From Planctomycetota bacterium (lineage in GTDB: Bacteria; Planctomycetota; MHYJ01; JACPRB01), in assembly GCA_036383955.1 (NCBI GenBank), contig DASVNH010000241.1:24261-88260 (forward strand): a DNA stretch of 64,000 nt, in the 5' to 3' direction. Numbering within the stretch: position 1 is the first letter of the stretch; each line of letters begins with the position of its first letter. Both the position numbers and the translations under genes were made by a program. Below, piece by piece: positions 60,057-64,000 of the stretch. Below the pieces are notes generated by a model that had not been told where the DNA came from, did no database searches, and was given only the letters and a program-made list of their open reading frames with translations.

Positions 60057-60755
60057 TTAGCGAAAGAGGACGTCGGGGGGCACGGTCTCCTTCGGGAACG
60101 ACGGCCCGCTCCAGGTCAGGCGGAGCGCGCCCGGGCCGTTGAGGTTGAAGTACTCGAGCCGGATCGGGACGGTGACGCCGGCCTCGAGGAGCGTCGATCC
60201 CGCGCGCTCGGTCCGGGTCTGCTCCTTCCAGTGGTCGATCAGCAGGCGGTCGCCGATCCACAGGCGGACGCCGTCGTCGGCGGTCAGGTGGAAGGTGTGG
60301 GGGCCCGACGTCCGGGGCCGCAGCGTGCCCGACCAGCGCGCCGACCACGAGCCGGGCGCGACGGCCGGGTCCGGCGAGCCGGAGGTCCAGTGGAAATCGA
60401 GGAAGGAGTCGATCCGCGTCGCGCGCGGCTCGGTGAGGTCCGGGCGGTCGAAGTACTCCGCGCGCAGCCCCGTGCCGGCCGCGGGCCGCGGGGGCGTGGA
60501 GGGCGTCGGCGCCAGGAAGAGCGTCCCCGCGGCGATGAGGAGGGCGGCGGCGACGAGCCAGCGCGAGCGGGACGGCGCCTCGAGCGCGCGGACGGCGCGG
60601 GCTTCGACGACGGCCTCCGCGAGCAGGGCCTCGTCGCGCGCGAGCTCGAGGTAGCGGAGCGCGGCGGCCTCGTCGCTCTTGAGGAGCTCGGCGAGGGCGC
60701 GCTCGTCGGCCTCGGACAGCTCCTCGTCGAAGGCGCGACTCAGGAGGTCGTTCAT
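60057..60755 (-). CDS. Anti-sigma factor with extracytoplasmic PA14 domain
   Basis: The start overlaps the sigma gene stop (ATGA). N-terminal helical anti-sigma segment, TM segment WLVAAALLIAAGTLFLA, and a C-terminal PA14-type domain (GLRAEYFD...FHWTSGSP...WSARWSGTL...GPHTFHLTADDGVRLWIGD...IRLEYFN). Confidence 0.75.
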   Translation of the reverse strand: MNDLLSRAFDEELSEADERALAELLKSDEAAALRYLELARDEALLAEAVVEARAVRALEAPSRSRWLVAAALLIAAGTLFLAPTPSTPPRPAAGTGLRAEYFDRPDLTEPRATRIDSFLDFHWTSGSPDPAVAPGSWSARWSGTLRPRTSGPHTFHLTADDGVRLWIGDRLLIDHWKEQTRTERAGSTLLEAGVTVPIRLEYFNLNGPGALRLTWSGPSFPKETVPPDVLFR

Positions 60756-61282
60756 CGCCCCTCCGACGCCAGGCGGCGGGCGACGCAGTCGCGGAGCGCC
60801 TCCTTGGCGCGCTTGAGCATCGCGTAGGTGGCCTGGACGCTGCGGCCGGCGCGGTCGGCGACGTCCTCCACGCCGAGGCGCTCGTCGTAGCGCAGCTCCA
60901 GGACGCGGCGCGCGCGGCCGCCGAGCCCTTCGAGGCAGCGGCGGAGGGCGAGGCGCCGCGGCTCGACGGGCTCCGGATCGAGGCGGGCGGCGGCGACGTC
61001 GAGGCGGGCGAGGACCTCCGGATCGAGCAGGGCGGGGCGGCGGGCGCGGCGGCCGGCGAAGTCGAGGACGCGGCGGCGGGCGATCTCGCGGGCCCAGGGC
61101 AGGAACGGGGTGTCGGGGTCGTACTGGCTCCACGAGGAGGTGGCGGCGAGCGACACGTCCTGGAGGAGGTCCTCGGCGTCGTGGGGGTTCCGGAGGGCGG
61201 CGAGGAGATACGCGAAGAGGACGCCGCGATGGCGCATCAGCAGGCGGGCCACGCGGCCGGGTCCGTCGTCTTCCAGGTCCAT
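60752..61282 (-). CDS. ECF-type RNA polymerase sigma-70 factor
   Basis: Region 2 is DAEDLLQDV...FLPWAREIARRRVLDF. Region 4 is VLELRYDERLGVEDVADRAGRSVQATYAMLKRAKEALRDC. Confidence 0.85.
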   Translation of the reverse strand: MDLEDDGPGRVARLLMRHRGVLFAYLLAALRNPHDAEDLLQDVSLAATSSWSQYDPDTPFLPWAREIARRRVLDFAGRRARRPALLDPEVLARLDVAAARLDPEPVEPRRLALRRCLEGLGGRARRVLELRYDERLGVEDVADRAGRSVQATYAMLKRAKEALRDCVARRLASEGR

Positions 61283-61321
61283 ACCCTACTTACAGAGGGG
61301 ACGGGACGCGGATTCTAGGCG

Positions 61322-61362
61322 CTGAAAATGGAAAGGGGGCCCTCCAGGGGGAGGGCCCCCTT
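61322..61362 (-). terminator. Rho-independent terminator after gene 61433..63646
   Basis: AAGGGGGCCCTCC / GGAGGGCCCCCTT (61333..61362) form 13 perfect bp with a 4-nt loop. On the minus strand they are followed by UCCAUUUUCAG (61332..61322). Confidence 0.6.
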
Positions 61363-61432
61363 GTCGCGGGGGCTGGGGTCTTGGGACGCCTGGAGAGTAG
61401 CGCGGGGACGTAAAGGACGCGTGAGCGGGAGG

Positions 61433-63646
61433 TTAGTCTCCGACGAGCCTGACCTCGTTCCAGTAGGCCCACTCGTTGTTCCAGTCGTTGGCCCGGTTCT
61501 CGAGCTCCAGCTTCACGCGCTTGCCCGCGAAGGCCGAGAGGTCGATCTCGAGGTCGGCCCATTCGTCGACGACGCTGGCCGCCCCGATGATCTTGTCGAG
61601 CAGGTCCTTGCCGTCGGCGCGCACGATCAGGCGCCAGTCGGCGTGCGGGTGATGGCTGACCTTCACCCGCAGCCGCGGCTTCCCGCCGGCGGGGACGTCG
61701 AGCTCGCCTTTCAATACGCAGGGCTTGTCCTTGCCCGCCGGATGGGTCTTCACGGCGGGGCGGTTCCGGAACACGGGGAGGAACTGGACGTCGTTCTCGC
61801 CGTCGCCCGCCGCCGTCACGCTGAAGGCCGGCGCGACCTTCCTGATCGTCTTCGTCCACTCGGCCGGGCCGCGCCCCGCCAGGCCGGTCTCGCCGGCGAT
61901 CCGCCGCACCACGAACTGGCGCAGCAGGGGGATCTTGCTCGCGACCATCAGCTTGAGCGCCCGGTCCTTGTCCAGCGGCACCAGCGGCTCCAGGGCGTAC
62001 CAGTACATCAGCGGGAGGTTGGGGTCGCCGACATCCTCCGCGCGCGCGACCAGGCCGTCGACGATCCCCCAGCGCTTCTCCGGCTCGATCCGCTGGAGCG
62101 CCGAGGCCAGGTAAAGGCGGACGACGGCCGACGGATCGGCCTTGGCGAGGGAGGCGAGCTTTTCGAGGACGTCCGCCGCCGGCGTGCCGTCTTCGCAGAG
62201 GAACTGGATCGCCCAGGCGCGGACGTATTCGTCCTCGTGGGCGAGCAGCGCCGCGGGATCGAGGCCGCCCGCGAGGCGCCAGGCCCAGAGGGCGCGGAGG
62301 CGGCGGCCCGGGTCGGTCTGCGCCTCGAAGAGCGCCTTGAGCTTGCCGGAGATCGAGGGATCGAGCTTCCCGGAGGCGGCGCGCTGGTGCAGGAGCGTCC
62401 GGGCCTGCCGGACGTACCAGTCGTTCGGATGGGTCTGCAGCGCGACGAGCTCGGCGTCGGAAAGGGCCGGCAGGTTCGGGCGGGCGATCTTCTTCGCGTC
62501 CTTCGGCAGGATGCGGTAGACGCGGCCGGTGTCGGCGTGCTGGACCACCTTGCCGCAGATGTCCTGGTCGTGCCAGTCGAGGATGTAAACGCCGCCCTCG
62601 GGCCCGATCTCGACGCTGAAGCCGACCCACTGGAGGTCGTTGGCCGAGAGGAAGTCGTCGCCGTGCTTCCCGACGAAGCCGGAGCCCTTGCGCTCCATCA
62701 CGTCGGTGAGGACCTGGTGCTGGTGGATGTTGCACATGAAGAGCCGGTTCCGGTACTCGGCGGGGAAGGCGTCGGCGAGGTAGAAGCGGGCGCCGCCGTG
62801 GGCGGACTTGTGGTTGTGGTCGCGGATGGTCTTGATGTCGTCGTAGACGTACTTGTTGTAGTGCTGGCCGCCCTGGCGGTGGTAGTAGCCGCCCTGGGAC
62901 ACGTGGAAGAGGTGGGGGATGACGCAGGCCGTCGCGAACATCTGGCCGCGGTCGTCGAAGTCGAGGCCCCAGGGGTTGGAGAGCCCGGAGGCGAAGACCT
63001 CGAAGCGCTTCCGCGTGGGGTGATAGCGCCAGATGCCGGCGTTGAGCTTCTGGCGCTCGGCCTCGGGGGCGCCGGGCTTGCCGACGTTGGACTGGGTGAA
63101 GACGCCGTGGCAGCCGTAGAGCCAGCCGTCGGGGCCCCAGCTGAAGCTGTTCAGGGTTTCGTGGCGGTCGTTGATGCCCCAGCCGTCCAGGAGCGGCTGC
63201 GGCGGGCCGTCGGGCCGGTCGTCGCCGTCGGCGTCGGGGATGAAGCTGAAGTTGGGCGGGGAGCCGACCCAGACGCCGCCGTGGCCGACGGCGATGCCGG
63301 ACGTGAAGGTCAGCTTGTCGGTGAAGACCTTCTTGTCGTCGAAGCGGCCGTCGCCGTCCGTGTCCTCGAGGATGGAGACGAGCGTCGCCTGGTCGCCCGT
63401 GTGGGAGCCGCGGGTTCGGTAGTTGAAGTTCTCGACGACCCACAGCCGCCCCTTCGGATCGAACGTGAAGGCGATGGGCTGTCCGATCTTGGGCTCGGCG
63501 GCGAAGATCGTGACGTCGAAGGCCGGCGGATAGGTCATCTTGGCGACGGCCTGCTCCGGCGTGAGGTAGGGGACTTTTTCCTGGGGAGAGGCGAAGGCCG
63601 CGGCCGCGACGGCCAGGGCGACGGCGACGACGGCAAAGCGGCGCAT
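61433..63646 (-). CDS. PVC-type beta-propeller ('membrane-bound dehydrogenase' domain) + HEAT/alpha-solenoid protein without haem motif
   Basis: AAGGAG SD lies 5 nt before ATG 63646. Signal peptide MRRFAVVAVALAVAAAAFA. FDVTIFAAEPKIGQPIAFTFDPKGRLWVVE and DTDGDGRFD propeller motifs. A HEAT-like region (..YVRQAR..YVRAWAIQ..VVRLYLASAL..). No CxxCH anywhere. The upstream 106 codons of track ORF 61433..63964 were discarded. Confidence 0.85.
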   Translation of the reverse strand: MRRFAVVAVALAVAAAAFASPQEKVPYLTPEQAVAKMTYPPAFDVTIFAAEPKIGQPIAFTFDPKGRLWVVENFNYRTRGSHTGDQATLVSILEDTDGDGRFDDKKVFTDKLTFTSGIAVGHGGVWVGSPPNFSFIPDADGDDRPDGPPQPLLDGWGINDRHETLNSFSWGPDGWLYGCHGVFTQSNVGKPGAPEAERQKLNAGIWRYHPTRKRFEVFASGLSNPWGLDFDDRGQMFATACVIPHLFHVSQGGYYHRQGGQHYNKYVYDDIKTIRDHNHKSAHGGARFYLADAFPAEYRNRLFMCNIHQHQVLTDVMERKGSGFVGKHGDDFLSANDLQWVGFSVEIGPEGGVYILDWHDQDICGKVVQHADTGRVYRILPKDAKKIARPNLPALSDAELVALQTHPNDWYVRQARTLLHQRAASGKLDPSISGKLKALFEAQTDPGRRLRALWAWRLAGGLDPAALLAHEDEYVRAWAIQFLCEDGTPAADVLEKLASLAKADPSAVVRLYLASALQRIEPEKRWGIVDGLVARAEDVGDPNLPLMYWYALEPLVPLDKDRALKLMVASKIPLLRQFVVRRIAGETGLAGRGPAEWTKTIRKVAPAFSVTAAGDGENDVQFLPVFRNRPAVKTHPAGKDKPCVLKGELDVPAGGKPRLRVKVSHHPHADWRLIVRADGKDLLDKIIGAASVVDEWADLEIDLSAFAGKRVKLELENRANDWNNEWAYWNEVRLVGD

Positions 63647-63765
63647 CGGGGGCTCCTTTCGATCTGTTACCTCGATAACCGAACTACCCCAAGCGCGCAT
63701 TGAGATGTGGCGGATTCCTATTGAGATTTTTGACCGCCGGAAACGGAGCCCGCCAGGGGCCCTCC

Positions 63766-63795
63766 TTGACACGCACCGGGGAGACCGGCTGCAAT
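63766..63795 (+). promoter_or_regulatory. Putative sigma70-like promoter, leaderless arrangement
   Basis: Perfect TTGACA (63766..63771), 18 nt, TGCAAT (63790..63795), 7 nt, ATG 63803. No SD. Confidence 0.4.
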
Positions 63796-63802
63796 CCTCA
63801 CC

Positions 63803-64000
63803 ATGAGGCTCGGCGCGCTGGTGCGTCCCCTGACGGCGGCGCAATTCCTGGACCGCCACTGGCCGGGCGTGCCGCGGGTCGCGCACGGGGACGTCGGCCG
63901 CCTGGGCGACTGGGTCCGCGACCCGGCGTGGTCGGATCCCTCGAAGCTGCTGCGCGGGACGCACGACGGGATCCGCGTCTGGCGTCCCGGGGCCGGCGGC
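63803..64000 (+). CDS. Possible cupin-4/JmjC-type oxygenase, 3'-truncated at window edge
   Basis: The frame is open for 66 codons to the window end (MRLGALVRPLTAAQFLDRHWPGVPRVAHGD...). The FL(D/E)RHW..P...G opening resembles the N-termini of cupin-4 / ribosomal-oxygenase-like proteins. It is absent from the track because no stop falls inside the window. Confidence 0.45.
   Translation, partial: MRLGALVRPLTAAQFLDRHWPGVPRVAHGDVGRLGDWVRDPAWSDPSKLLRGTHDGIRVWRPGAGG

Noticed and set aside
61283-61330. ECF-type autoregulatory promoter (GAATC...CGTC / TGTAAG) upstream of the sigma gene
   Set aside because: Several weak alternative alignments are possible and none matches a known ECF group consensus convincingly. 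It is left as something to test rather than a feature.

Overview
This is a gene-dense, high-GC window (roughly two-thirds G+C or more, judged by eye). I call about 49 protein-coding genes across both strands. I saw no rRNA, tRNA, CRISPR array, transposase, integrase or prophage. All function calls come from motifs I recognise in the translated ORFs, since no homology search was possible.

The gene content looks like a PVC-superphylum (Planctomycetota-like) chromosome:
- a PSCyt/PSD (DUF1549/DUF1553) plus DUF1501 gene pair;
- three giant beta-propeller/HEAT 'membrane-bound dehydrogenase' paralogues, two of them with CxxCH haem motifs;
- LamG, DUF1080, PA14 and PQQ-like propeller modules;
- an ECF sigma/anti-sigma pair;
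- many Tat or lipoprotein signal peptides;
- a ribose-type sugar ABC transporter with a Gfo/Idh/MocA oxidoreductase and galM;
- glpD with a GDPD esterase, tdh, and several secreted phosphoesterases (PhoX-like, ENPP-like, metallophosphoesterase).

The most interesting signals:
1. Two genes are each interrupted by a single in-frame UGA followed by a SECIS-like hairpin. One is a secreted thioredoxin-fold protein with a C-T-U motif. The other is a peroxiredoxin in which the peroxidatic Cys is replaced (G-U-TPQC). The ORF track splits or truncates both.
2. A sigma70-like -10 box recurs 6-7 nt upstream of start codons that lack a Shine-Dalgarno, which suggests leaderless mRNAs.
3. A Ser/Thr-kinase-like protein has most catalytic and nucleotide-binding signatures substituted. 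It is fused to a zinc ribbon and to repeated MshEN-like (c-di-GMP-type) motifs.
4. Four different families of extragenic palindromes are present, including a 114-bp nested palindrome with a C7GC7/G7AG6 core.
5. Two uncharacterised, translationally coupled units stand out: a six-gene cluster led by a rifampicin-phosphotransferase-architecture enzyme, and a metallophosphoesterase + nucleotidyltransferase pair.

Most long Arg/Pro/Gly-rich ORFs in the track are antisense or off-frame shadows of the real genes, as expected at this GC content.
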